A stretch of 63,959 bases of DNA, counting the filler, from Aduncisulcus paluster (taxonomy: Eukaryota), in NCBI GenBank assembly GCA_024181965.1. It is 5 parts of 5 records of this genome, joined end to end, with 100 filler letters (N's around TTAATTAATTAA, not from the genome) between each part and the next. Parts side by side here need not be neighbours in the genome. Positions count along the whole stretch, not along the records: positions 1 to 25,947 come from BQXS01012640.1; 4 more parts are not named here. One strand, given 5' to 3'. The notes under the pieces were generated by a model. It was not told the DNA's origin. It saw nothing but the letters and a program-made list of their open reading frames with translations, and did not search any database. Position numbers and translations under genes: made by a program. Below, piece by piece: positions 1 through 11,596 of the stretch (positions are counted from its first letter, which is position 1; each line of letters starts with the position of its first letter).

Positions 1-2
1 GA

Positions 3-515
3 ATGAATGTTCCTCCATTTTCGAACCTTTCATCTTGCGTAAGGGGCTCATGTATATCCCAAGAGACACAGATTCCTGATTCTGTCAACGAGTCCCCTTC
101 TATGATCCCCCCCAACCCCTCCCAACGCCCCTCAAGCCCTCAATCTGCTTCCGGTACTGAGAAGCAGGACGATAGTTCAGAAACGAGCTACGCTCAAGAC
201 CCTTTTGCCAATATTGTTGACACAGGCTGTGCTAAAAAGCACCAACCCTATCTTTTGATACCCTTCGCCTTGACAACAATTGGAGCCATTGGAGAGAAAG
301 CTTGGGAGTTTATTGAGCACGTACGGAGGAATGGAACCGATTTCATGGTACCTGGCCGAACCAGAGAAGAGAGATCACGTAGATGGGCATCTACCCTTCT
401 ATGTGGGCTTGGAAGAGGCCTGTGCATAAGAGAAGCGACTTGTGTATCGTCTTACAGCTGGAATTTAATCCAAAAGAAAGAACCAAAGAGCAAGGGTAGT
501 CACCTAAGCTTTTAG
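3..515 (+). mobile_element. 3' fragment of non-LTR retrotransposon ORF (restriction-like endonuclease C-terminus, CRE/R2/NeSL type)
   Basis: KKH..Y..IPFALTTIGAIGEKAWEFI followed by RRW...L..GLGRG resembles the 'PF..ET.G..G..A..F' motif that ends RLE-bearing non-LTR ORFs; no RT domain in view (window edge). Confidence 0.5.
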
Positions 516-894
516 TATTTTAGTTCTTTCAGCCAAAAAACACCCAAAAATCTCGCAAATTAAACCCAATTTTACTGAAACAATTTATCGTAAAATCCTA
601 GTGTTTAAAAATTTAGCGAGAACCTGTTACGTCCTATAAATAAACAAAGTATTATTATTCAAGAAAAGAGCATAATATGTATAAGTTGTCAACATGAATG
701 GTAGATATACAATCTAGATTAATAGAAAAATCTTATCAGTGAAGAATTTAAATTTAATTAAATCTTGTTTCACAAGAAAAACGCAATTTTCGAAATCCAT
801 TGTTAAAATGATAATATTTGTTGCTTTCAATAAACATTTGGCTTCAATCAACAAATTTATTGGGATAAAAAAGAATTAGTAACGCCCCATCCAT

Positions 895-3552
895 TTAAAA
901 ATCGAAAAGATCATCAAATTCATCCTTTTTAGGAGCAGCCTTGACGGGCTCGGTCTTTACAGGCTCATCTTCTTCAGTTTTGTGCCTGTGTTTCCTATGT
1001 TTCCTATGCTTATGCTTCTTCTTTTGTTTTTGCTCCTCAAAGTCAGCAGGTTCATCGAATCCAAAAATGTCATCTTCATCTTTGGCAATAGGAGAAACAA
1101 TTTCATCATGATGCTTATGTTCCGTGACCTTAGGTTGTGCCTCAGAGTCTGTGAATAAATCTCCCTCGTCGCCAAAACCGAACAAATCGTCAGGTTCAGT
1201 CTTGGAATGAGCGTGAGAGGATCTCCCAACATCTTCCTCACTCTCCTCATCTTCCTCCTCAATCCCACGAATGGTCACTCGAGCCTGAGAAAGTTGTTTA
1301 GCTTTGGAGTTATTCCTTCCAAAGGCTTGAGAAGGGCTAGTTTGTTTGGTTTCACCACCACCAATGTCAAACTCCAGATCAAATGCATCACCGCCTGAAG
1401 GTTGTTTGGGGACCTCGGGAACAATGTCATCGTCTAACATGAAAATGTCATCGCTCCGCTTACCGGAAGTCTTCTTGACACGGTTGTCCTGAGGTTCTTC
1501 GTCATCAAATACATCATCTGCGAAGGCTGGGTCCTTTGTTGTCTTCGCATGACCAAAGAAATCGGCAGCCTCCTTTTCCTTGCCGGTCCCTTCCCAATCC
1601 TGGAGTTCAATGGGAACGATAAGATCCTCGAAGTTACCTTCTCCGCCAAGCTTCACCTTCTTCTGTTTCTTGGAAGACACAGGGACGAGTTCAGGAGCGA
1701 AGAGATCATCCACAGTGGCCAAATCCTCATTGAGGAGAACATCGACGAGCACAGCCCTCTCCTGCACCCGAGAAGAGGCAGAAGAGACAAAGAACGAGAG
1801 CCTTGATCTAATCATCTTAATGCAGTCATCCAACACATCACTGGTGACCTTGGAAGCTTGACGACTACACACCTTGAGGGCTGCATTAACACAAGCAGCC
1901 TGTGTGTGAGTTGGAAGGGAGAGAATGCACTGTGACATGAGCACAGAGACAACATCGAACACGAGAGCACTGTCAATCTCGTTAGCGTACTCTCCAAGAA
2001 GCCAGGCGGTCACAGAGAACAGCGTGGCACTCTCGGTGAATGACACGGCGTCTGAAGAGAGGCGAGAGGAGGTCAAGAGAGAGACGGAAAGTTCAACAGC
2101 ATAGGACTGCACCTCGGGGACACGAACGGCAACGTCACGGAGATGAGTGGCGATGGTAGAGCCTGTGATGGAACTGTGAGTAGCACCAAGCTTGGTAAGG
2201 ATCTCAATAAGCCAGGCAAAGTCAGTGATAAGGTTGTAGTTCTCTTTACAAGAGTTAGAAACGACACAATCAACGACCTTACACTTGAAAGCACGCTCTT
2301 CTTCAGAGGTGAGTCCATGCTTCTTGCGTTTTTTCTTGCTTTTTTCTTTCTTCTTCTTGCCTTCAGTGGCAGTATCAGATTCGGCTGCAGTCTCATCTTT
2401 CATCTTGGTTTCATCAACGAATTGTAACAACCTAGCAACGATATCCTTGATATTCTTACGAGTGAAGAGGGAAGAAATAATGTCCAGGGCCTTGATTCTT
2501 ATGAGATATACATCATCAGTGAGGCATGCAAGGAGAGCAGCATTGTGAGCAGCGGCAACACGGGGGTATTTGGCGGCAATCTTACTCAACGCGTCGAGAG
2601 AGAGGTAGCAGAGATTAGCATCACGTTTACCACCAGAGGAAGAGGGAGAGATGAACTCAGCAAGACGCTCAGTGCATATCTTGAGGAGGGATTTGTTTCC
2701 AAGCATATGAGTCACAGCGACATTGATAATCTCGAAAGTAAGAGATTTAGCGGCAGTGTTTTGCAAATGTTGGGTAAGGGGGCCTTCAAGTTTCCCAGGC
2801 AAACGAGGCTCATGATCACAAAGAACTCCAAGAAGACGGACAACCTTAATGAGAGTCCAATTGCTGCTGGAATGATTCAAAATAGTGAACAATGAAGGAA
2901 CAAGACCAAGGAAATTCTTAGGCTCTTTCAAAACAAGCTCAGTGAGGACGTTAACAACGCTATGGAGGACAGAAGGATCAGTTTCAGCATCAAGACGACG
3001 TTTTAAAGCGGGGAAAACGGTACGGATGGCTTCAGTATCCTTCAAAAGAAGTCTATAGGCGGTAAGAACAGCCTTCTTCCTAATGTAAGGTCTAGAAGAA
3101 TTAAATAATCCAAGAACATCTTCCATCAGGGCTTGAGACATGTCGGCATTGGCGACACTGGCTAAAGCAGACAAAGCAACACCACATTCATATTGATTTC
3201 TGCTGGTGATATCTTTTCTAAACTGGGCGGTAGATAAGATGCAAAAATCATCGGTAAAACAGAAAGAGGAGGCGAGATATCCAATACGTTTATGACGGAA
3301 TTGAGTGGAGGAAATCAACTCGACAACATGAAATCCTGCAAACTCCATATCATAACCCAGCATTTGTAGGTACCAGAGCTTCTGAATACCAGTACATTTC
3401 TCGTCAATAGAGAGAGATCTGATTTCATCCTTGGCTTCTTGGATAGCTTTGCCAATATACTCTTCTTCACTCCCACGATGGGCTCTTATTCCCTTAATGA
3501 GATCAGGAAGTGTCTTCATCTCAAATGATGTGTTCAAGAAGCATACTGTCAC
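895..3552 (-). CDS. AP3D1: AP-3 adaptor complex subunit delta
   Basis: N-terminal FEMKTLPDLIKGIRAH, LQMLGYDM, KRIGYLAS, SSRPYIRKKA, SNWTLIKVV, EPRLPGKL, VQERA adaptin-N motifs; acidic and Lys/His-rich tail; first ATG at 3519. Confidence 0.93.
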   Translation of the reverse strand: MTVCFLNTSFEMKTLPDLIKGIRAHRGSEEEYIGKAIQEAKDEIRSLSIDEKCTGIQKLWYLQMLGYDMEFAGFHVVELISSTQFRHKRIGYLASSFCFTDDFCILSTAQFRKDITSRNQYECGVALSALASVANADMSQALMEDVLGLFNSSRPYIRKKAVLTAYRLLLKDTEAIRTVFPALKRRLDAETDPSVLHSVVNVLTELVLKEPKNFLGLVPSLFTILNHSSSNWTLIKVVRLLGVLCDHEPRLPGKLEGPLTQHLQNTAAKSLTFEIINVAVTHMLGNKSLLKICTERLAEFISPSSSGGKRDANLCYLSLDALSKIAAKYPRVAAAHNAALLACLTDDVYLIRIKALDIISSLFTRKNIKDIVARLLQFVDETKMKDETAAESDTATEGKKKKEKSKKKRKKHGLTSEEERAFKCKVVDCVVSNSCKENYNLITDFAWLIEILTKLGATHSSITGSTIATHLRDVAVRVPEVQSYAVELSVSLLTSSRLSSDAVSFTESATLFSVTAWLLGEYANEIDSALVFDVVSVLMSQCILSLPTHTQAACVNAALKVCSRQASKVTSDVLDDCIKMIRSRLSFFVSSASSRVQERAVLVDVLLNEDLATVDDLFAPELVPVSSKKQKKVKLGGEGNFEDLIVPIELQDWEGTGKEKEAADFFGHAKTTKDPAFADDVFDDEEPQDNRVKKTSGKRSDDIFMLDDDIVPEVPKQPSGGDAFDLEFDIGGGETKQTSPSQAFGRNNSKAKQLSQARVTIRGIEEEDEESEEDVGRSSHAHSKTEPDDLFGFGDEGDLFTDSEAQPKVTEHKHHDEIVSPIAKDEDDIFGFDEPADFEEQKQKKKHKHRKHRKHRHKTEEDEPVKTEPVKAAPKKDEFDDLFDF

Positions 3553-4002
3553 ATGGCTTGAATTAGGGATTGAATCTCTGAAGAATCATAAAATATCTCC
3601 TTAAATTTTGCAAATATAGATTAATTTATTGGACAAATATAATATATTTTTCAAATTAATGCAACGATGAAAAACTATTTCAAAATTGGCTGTCGATTCG
3701 AATAAGGAGTAATTTAGTGAAAAAAAAGTTGAAAAGAATCGAATATTTGAATTTGACAAATTTTACCCGGAGCGATTTCATATTGGACTGTTAAGTCCCA
3801 CTAGGCACATTTTCATGCCAATCTCCAATCAATTTAATTATTCAGAAGTATTCATCAAATAAATTTTCCTTGATCAGATAAAATTAGTGTCTTTGTTTTT
3901 TGAAATGAATCTCCAAAATATCAAATCGAAAATTTCTACAGTTTTCCGTTCTTGTTCTACACATAAAAGTAAGTGAACATCATATATATTTAAACGATTA
4001 CA

Positions 4003-7000
4003 ATGAATGATGATTCTATTCGGACTCCTTGTGGGATTCTCAAGTATTCTCCAACTGTTGTAAAGAAAATTCCAAAGAAGCCTGAATATGTTTGTAAAGA
4101 AGAGTTTCAAGTTGTTTGGCATAATTTTATTCATTTGAATAATATTGATGGTCTGGGTGAAGTTGTTAATCCAATTTCCCTAACCGGTGAGAGTGAAAGA
4201 GCTGACTATAATTTAAAGACTTTTATTTTGAAATACAAAGATCGCTTTACGGAAAAGGATATGGATGAGCTTGCTTTATGTGTTTGTAAATTAGTTTCTT
4301 CTGTTCATGCAAAGGATATTTCCTGTAGCTCCTTAAAACCCGAAAATATCCTTATTTTCATTGATAAATCCCCAGAACCAGGATCTATTTGTCATAATAT
4401 TAGAGTTAAATTATCCGATTTGCATTCTTATCTTCTCCATTTCCCTCTAGACAAATCTCTTTCATATCTTTATTTTCGTTCTTGTTTATATAATGCCCCT
4501 GAGTCATATATCACCCATCCACACGGAAGTATTGAAGGTGATTATTTTGCGTTGGCTCTTATCATTCGTTTTATTTATTGTCACGCCGAGGCCTTCACTG
4601 GTCTTTTGGAAGTTATGGATGTTGCTACTTCGATTTCTGTCATCCGCAAACACTATTCTACTCAAAAAATTCAGTCTGAAATGTCCATTGGATGCCCTAT
4701 GCACGTCGCTTCCCTCATTCGTTCAGGGATTAGTCCTATTATCTACCGCCGGCCCAAACCATCGAATTATGTTGACAAAATCAACGAGGTTGGTGTCAGT
4801 CATGGACGTGATATGCACCGTAGTGTAGGAGAATGTCCCTTAGATTGTTTGGTTGTTGAAGTTAAAGCCCCTCTCGAATCTGACACTGCTCCATCCTTTA
4901 AAAAATCTCTAAGTTTTTCTGAATTATACTCATACGCGGGTTCCTCTGACTCAGATCATCAGGCTCCATCGCATGTTCTTCGTCATATTTCCCCAAGTTC
5001 AAGTTATACAAGTATTGGCGATGCTCGGACGACTGGCGAAGTGTCAGCCTCCTCTTCTGTTATATTCCATACGCCAAGTTCTCCAAGACACCATGGCAAC
5101 TCCGATTCCAGCTCTGAATCCGGCTCTATCCACCACATTTCGTCTTCTCCTGGTGGCTCCCCACGTCCTTCCCCCAATGCCCAAGGAAAACCCCATGGTT
5201 CACTCCATCCATTGACTAATGTGTCCAGTTCCCACGAAGATGTCGATGATTCGAGACCCATCTTCCAACTTCCAACAAAACCAGAGATGCAAGCCCATGT
5301 TCCTGTTCCAAAGAGCCAAGAGACAAAAAAGATATCAAAAGGGACTAACAAACAGCTTGGTTCCTCTATTTCAATTCCCTCTAACGTTTCTGTGGATCCT
5401 TCAGACCCTATCTGTTCAAAGCCCAAGATTACGTCCGGACGTGATAAGGCGAGTGGCAGATTAGAAACAAATCCTAACGCATCAATGGACAAGAGTTCTT
5501 CGAGTGGAGGCACCCCCGTGAGGAAAGAAAGGGAAGATGTGCATAAAGCTACTTCCAACCCCATCCAAACCGGTTCTTCACAAGTGTCCGTTACAACATC
5601 TCGTGGTCATTCAGCATCATCTTCTGATGTTTCCCCCAGTTCAACTCCTCGAGAACCTGTGTCATCTGGCTCCTCTGCCTGTGATAAGACTGCTCCTTCA
5701 ATCAATAATGTGTGTAATCCCTTCTCCAAGGTTATTGAGAGCACCGTTGAGTCGATGCGAACTAGCAGTGATGCCATTGATGCTGTTGACGATATTGTGG
5801 ATGATCCTGTACCCTCTCACGGCCGTGTTATCCAAGATCTCAATAAGAAACAGGGACCAGTGCTTTCTCCGAGGGCTAAGGACATCCATAGTATTGTTGA
5901 AAGGAAGCTTGATGATCGTGGCATTCTGTGTGATATGCCAGAAGGTATTGATGGTGACGATGATGANNNNNNNNNNNNNNNNNNNNGGTTATTGAGAGCA
6001 CCGTTGAGTCGATGCGAACTAGCAGTGATGCCATTGATGCTGTTGACGATATTGTGGATGATCCTGTACCCTCTCACGGCCGTGTTATCCAAGATCTCAA
6101 TAAGAAACAGGGACCAGTGCTTTCTCCGAGGGCTAAGGACATCCATAGTATTGTTGAAAGGAAGCTTGATGATCGTGGCATTCTGTGTGATATGCCAGAA
6201 GGTATTGATGGTGACGATGATGATGAAGTAGAGGATGATGACAGCATTGAAGATAGGAGAGTGGAGATATCACTGACATATCCACACGCACTCCAGGGAG
6301 ACATTCCTTCTCACCTTGGTGAGACTGATGAATTCGATGGGAAACACCGTTCATCCAGCAAATCACAACATCACCAGAGTAGTGGGAAGCACAGGGTTGG
6401 ATCTGAAAGCATAAGCAGTAGTGGTTCTGGATCATCCTCAACAAGAAGACAACCAGCTCAGTCATCCTCCTCCCTGGCCCCCACTATTTTGGGTGGCATA
6501 TCCTCGTCTGGGTCTGCATCATCCCTTGCGGAGGTTAAAGATCCAGGCAGTAATCAGAACTCTGCCTCTTCGCTCCACTCTTCTAGCTCTACGATGTTCA
6601 GACTGCATGATCTGAGCCACAATGACTTTATCGAACGTGTTGTCAAGCCGAATCCGACCCTCATGCACCACATTCTCTATGACAGATCCTATGGCCACGG
6701 AGAGAAGAAATGGAAGCAAGTGGGTTCTGCTGTGCCTGTCGACAAAGGTCATTGTGTCGCTATCCATCCGGAGACCAAGAACGTTTACTCTGGCCGCTGT
6801 GAGGGGCGGTTGGTTATGTATAACTTTGGTGATAGTTTGAAGCACAAGGGATCTCTTGTGGAGGAAGATTCAGTTCCCGGTGGTATTCGAAGTGCGATGG
6901 CACGCAAAGGAAGGTTAATAAGGAGAGAACAAGGTGAGAAAGCAACACNNNNNNNNNNNNNNNNNNNNCTGAGCCACAATGACTTTATCGAACGTGTTGT

Positions 7001-8644
7001 CAAGCCGAATCCGACCCTCATGCACCACATTCTCTATGACAGATCCTATGGCCACGGAGAGAAGAAATGGAAGCAAGTGGGTTCTGCTGTGCCTGTCGAC
7101 AAAGGTCATTGTGTCGCTATCCATCCGGAGACCAAGAACGTTTACTCTGGCCGCTGTGAGGGGCGGTTGGTTATGTATAACTTTGGTGATAGTTTGAAGC
7201 ACAAGGGATCTCTTGTGGAGGAAGATTCAGTTCCCGGTGGTATTCGAAGTGCGATGGCACGCAAAGGAAGGTTAATAAGGAGAGAACAAGGTGAGAAAGC
7301 AACACACCGGAAGGATAGAGTGGATTCATTGGGGTCTGCGAGGGGGCTCGAGAGAGATGATTCTTCAAAGACATTCTCAAGCGCTGACTTTGTATCTGGA
7401 ACATTCACCTCTGGTTCTTTGCCTCCTCCTCACCATCAGACCTCTGATTCTGACCCCTCTTATCCCATGAGGTATGTATCATCATCCCTCGACCCATATG
7501 ATGATGGAACCTTATCCTCGGGTCATGGCAAGAGTAGTATTGGAAAGCCTGGAGTGAGTCCTAGAGACTCCGGAACAGAGACCATTGATGGACTTCAGCT
7601 TGCAAATCCTGCCGTAACATATACCCATAATCGTTCAACGGTCATGAGTGTGAAGGTTTGTGGGTCTACAGTCTTCTCTGGAGGAATGGATGGTACTGTG
7701 AGGATCTGGGATAGTTTACTGAACTTTTCTCGAGTGCTATGTCGGTGTGCACCTGTCCATGCTATTTCTGTCGACTCTAAATATAGAATGGAGAGCGGTG
7801 GCTGTTCCCCCGATATCAGTGAGCATCAGGCTGCTATCGTTGGGCTTCCTTCTTCCATTCATCCCGACCCTGAGACTGCCAAGCACTCTCTCATCCGAAC
7901 CCCCAATGATGGTATCCTTGCCGTGGGTACACGTGCTGGAGTTGTGCATCTCATGTCTCTTAACGATGATCACACACAGTACAGATTCTCCTTTAAGTCA
8001 CCTATTCTTGATGTTCATACCAGACAAGGAATTGTGTGTAGCGGGAGTNNNNNNNNNNNNNNNNNNNNGCCAAGCACTCTCTCATCCGAACCCCCAATGA
8101 TGGTATCCTTGCCGTGGGTACACGTGCTGGAGTTGTGCATCTCATGTCTCTTAACGATGATCACACACAGTACAGATTCTCCTTTAAGTCACCTATTCTT
8201 GATGTTCATACCAGACAAGGAATTGTGTGTAGCGGGAGTATTGATCGGTATGTTAGGGTCTGGGATGTCCACACTGGACAGCAGATTATGAATGCAAAGA
8301 AGCATAAACGTCGTGTGCGATGTGTTCGTGTGTTTGAACACGGTAAAATGATCGTCAGTGGAAGTCACGATCAGCAAGTTAGGCTGTGGGATATGCGTTA
8401 TAAGAAATCTACTCATGTATTACGATGTGAGAGTGAAGTCAGTGGTGTGGTCGCCAGAGGACACGGTTTGTTGGCATCTTGTCAGGATGGAAGTGTTGTG
8501 ATGTGGGATAATCGACAGACAAAGAAGAGGATAAGCACCATATCTGTCCATGAAGGAAAGATCAAGGGAATTGATTGGATCGATGATCTTGTTGCCACTG
8601 TCAGTGATGACATGTACACTGTTGTCCTTGAGTTTCAAGGATAA
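4003..8644 (+). CDS. Pseudokinase + Ser-rich linker + C-terminal WD40 protein (split by 3 gap duplications)
   Basis: Kinase-like LKPENILI, VKLSDL, YNAPE, GDYFAL; WD repeats SGGMDGTVRIWD, SGSIDRYVRVWD, SGSHDQQVRLWD, DGSVVMWD. Removing duplications of 257, 357 and 191 nt leaves 3837 nt, one frame of ~1278 aa. Confidence 0.8.
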
Positions 8645-9989
8645 AAGTTGTCGAGTGGTGGTGTTTCTTCCTCTTATATATATAATATTTTGTTACATTA
8701 ATTTTTTGATAACTTGTCTGAATCTGAATTTAATTATTTGCACCTTTTGTATTATTTTTAAAAATTACATCTCATAATACTCTCACAATACTCTCACAAT
8801 ACTTTGATCTTTCTTACATCTCTCTTTACCAGTTATTTTACTCGACGCGAGAAGAGGCGATAATGTATTCACTTCTGTATTTTCTCTCTCGGTCGAACTT
8901 TCCTTTGTTTTTTAGCTGCTTCGCCACAGCTTGCCTGCAAAATTTCCCCTTCATCATGTTTCTTCGAAATCAAGTTGATTTCAATTGCTCTATTTCTATA
9001 TTTTATGTCATTTCTATCTTTCTATATATAGTTCCTTAAAATCTATTTTTAGGTCTATCTCACTATCTTCTTTTTTTTTTTTTCCGATTATTTTTATATT
9101 TTTAAGATACATATTTCCTTTATTAAGTATTTATTGAAATAATAATGTTATTGTTGTTTTACATAACATAGATTTATTATATTTAAATCGGTTCATCTTT
9201 ATAATTTTACTACAAAATTTTCAGTTTCCTAATTGAATTCTAAAATTATTATTTCTTGATCAGGTCATTCTATTATATCTATATTATTCTTTTTATTAAA
9301 GTTTTGATTATATTTAACTATCGTTTTCTTTCTGTGTTTTTTTTTATTTTTTTTTTTTTTTTTTTTATTATTTATGATTTTCGGTTGATTGCTGTTCAAT
9401 AGTTTCTATTATCGAATGCTTCCATTTTTTGATTTCTTCTGTTGGTTCGCAATATTGTTCTTATTACTTCAATATAAGATGATTTGCTCTTATTATCGTC
9501 GGTTTGGCCTTTCAAGTGATTGGTCTCAAGAATGGGTGCCAAAAACAACACTTATCTATTATACTAATAGCGAAATAGTAAAATTTGATTCAGACTGCCG
9601 TTATTTGATAAACTACCGGCCAAAACCGAACAGAACCAGAATCAGCACTCAACCATATTTTTGGATTGGATTCGAGAAGATCAGAAGGAAAACTTGTAGA
9701 AAAATGATGTAATCAACTTGAAGTATTTAATTTTTAAATCAGTAGGAGTGTTCAAATTTCTTTACGATGGTAAGGCGAAAGCGTGACAAGTTTGTTCCAG
9801 AATAGTGGAATTGGATCCATTTTGCAGCTTTGATTTTCTTTTTATATTATTCTAACTAGTTTGTATAGATTTATCATTGATACAATGTATCGAATTTGGA
9901 ATCATTATAGCTCTGGAAACTTATAGTACATTTTCTGGCTAGTTTAGGTCATATATTTTTTATTAAATTCAAAAATGAAATGCTGTTAT

Positions 9990-11372
9990 TTATTTTCCTC
10001 TGCGTATTTTAGGGATTTTAACTCCTTTCATAGCTCTTTTGCTCAAATTAACGAAAGCAATTGCACTAACTCCTTTGGCTGTTATCCCAAGTGTTATGGT
10101 AACAATCCATCTAAATACACTTGAGGTATCCGTTATTCCCGAAACAATTAGAATAAATACCTGAGAAAATGCACTGAATAGAGCCACAACGAACAGCCTT
10201 GTAAGAACGGTTATTTTTCGCTTTCTGATGACACTGGCTGTTGAATCATTTGATATTGAAGCTTGATGACTACTTCCAACCACATCTTCCATTTCTAATT
10301 GAGTACGGATACGTTCTTCGTCATCCTGGAGAGCTGTGTCCATTGTAATGGAGATAATGTCATTTAATTCATCTGCTTGATATCCTTCAAGTTGAACCGA
10401 AACAATGGCACCATTGGTCGCCGATGGAGGAGGACTTTCATCCCGGTTAGAAGAATTCGCAGCTGTTGGGCCATCAGAAATCAAATCCGTCCTTTCACCA
10501 TGGAATCTTTCATCTCCATATATTTCTTTTGTCTTGGGTTGTTCATCTAGTGATTTGACAGAGAGAGAATCCTTTCCTTCGGCAATATCTACTCGGGATA
10601 ATGGCTTGGATACATGGCTTAAGGGAACAGTTATTGTCTGAGTCATCTCCATTAATGATGTTGAATCCGAGTTTTGTTTTGGGGATGGGGACATGTGTTG
10701 TTTTACGAGCAAGTAGATTACGAAAACGTTAATAATTGTTAAAATATCACTGATACTCTGCACACAAGGCATTGAAAACCCCGAAATATGCTCCCATTTT
10801 TGTCGAGCTTTTGAATATAAATCACTTGGAAGACTTTTAGGATCATCTGCAGAATATTTGCTCAAGTCAGATATTATGAAAAGACCATATATACCCGTCA
10901 CAACTGTCACAACTCCAATAATACAAACAAAGATAATCACAAATATTCTATACTTCTTTCGTAATTCCCTTCTTGAGAAGAGAGAAGTCCCATTTCTCGA
11001 TAATTCAAGATTCAAGAGTAAATCGGAGGCAGATGAAAAAATGTATGTAATGAGAAGAAGAATGTATGAATTTTTCTGTGCTGATGTTATTGACGAATTA
11101 TTATCCGTATCTCCAATTGCAATCATTAAACAATAATAAACGAAATTTATAAGCACATCAAGGATGAGTAAGATATAATAAATGTAAGGAATAAGGTAAC
11201 TAGCTTTTGAAATATTTGTTTTGAAGTAATATTTTCCATGAGCTGCTTCTAAAGCCCTTTTTTTACGAACAAATTGAAAATTGAAAACAAAGGCACAATA
11301 AACAATAAAAATAAAGCATGCGGCAAGAAATACAAGAGAAAACACTGCTAAAATTGTAGTAGTCGCACTCAT
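9990..11372 (-). CDS. Multi-pass membrane protein with about 7 TM helices
   Basis: 460-aa ORF; five hydrophobic segments, a ~160-aa polar loop, then two more hydrophobic segments and a basic tail. Confidence 0.75.
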   Translation of the reverse strand: MSATTTILAVFSLVFLAACFIFIVYCAFVFNFQFVRKKRALEAAHGKYYFKTNISKASYLIPYIYYILLILDVLINFVYYCLMIAIGDTDNNSSITSAQKNSYILLLITYIFSSASDLLLNLELSRNGTSLFSRRELRKKYRIFVIIFVCIIGVVTVVTGIYGLFIISDLSKYSADDPKSLPSDLYSKARQKWEHISGFSMPCVQSISDILTIINVFVIYLLVKQHMSPSPKQNSDSTSLMEMTQTITVPLSHVSKPLSRVDIAEGKDSLSVKSLDEQPKTKEIYGDERFHGERTDLISDGPTAANSSNRDESPPPSATNGAIVSVQLEGYQADELNDIISITMDTALQDDEERIRTQLEMEDVVGSSHQASISNDSTASVIRKRKITVLTRLFVVALFSAFSQVFILIVSGITDTSSVFRWIVTITLGITAKGVSAIAFVNLSKRAMKGVKIPKIRRGK

Positions 11373-11596
11373 TATTGATATTATGTCTGTAATATGGCGT
11401 GAGGTTGTACAATTACAAAAAGAGATCGAGCTATGTCACATATTTCACTTCAAAAAAGAACAACAAAGAAAATAAGAATATAATAAAAAAAAAGAAAATA
11501 AAGGAAAATAATATTTATTTCTGGAGGCTACTGTGGAAAAGAAACATATGTCACGTGAGCAAGTATATCGGCACTTTGAAAAAAAAATTAAGTCAA

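Noticed and set aside
5730..8228. Exact tandem duplications around N20 gaps (also at 35903, 37705, 40617, 56886, 62587)
   Set aside because: Near-identical copies always flank a 20-N gap, and in the split genes I checked collapsing them restores the reading frame: unmerged contig overlaps, not biology
8842..8896. Imperfect inverted repeat TCGAC-CGAG...CTCG-GTCGA
   Set aside because: Short, interrupted and single-copy; compatible with chance
9389..9712. 107-aa ORF in an AT-rich spacer
   Set aside because: Non-ATG start in the ORF track, no recognisable motif, composition like intergenic DNA
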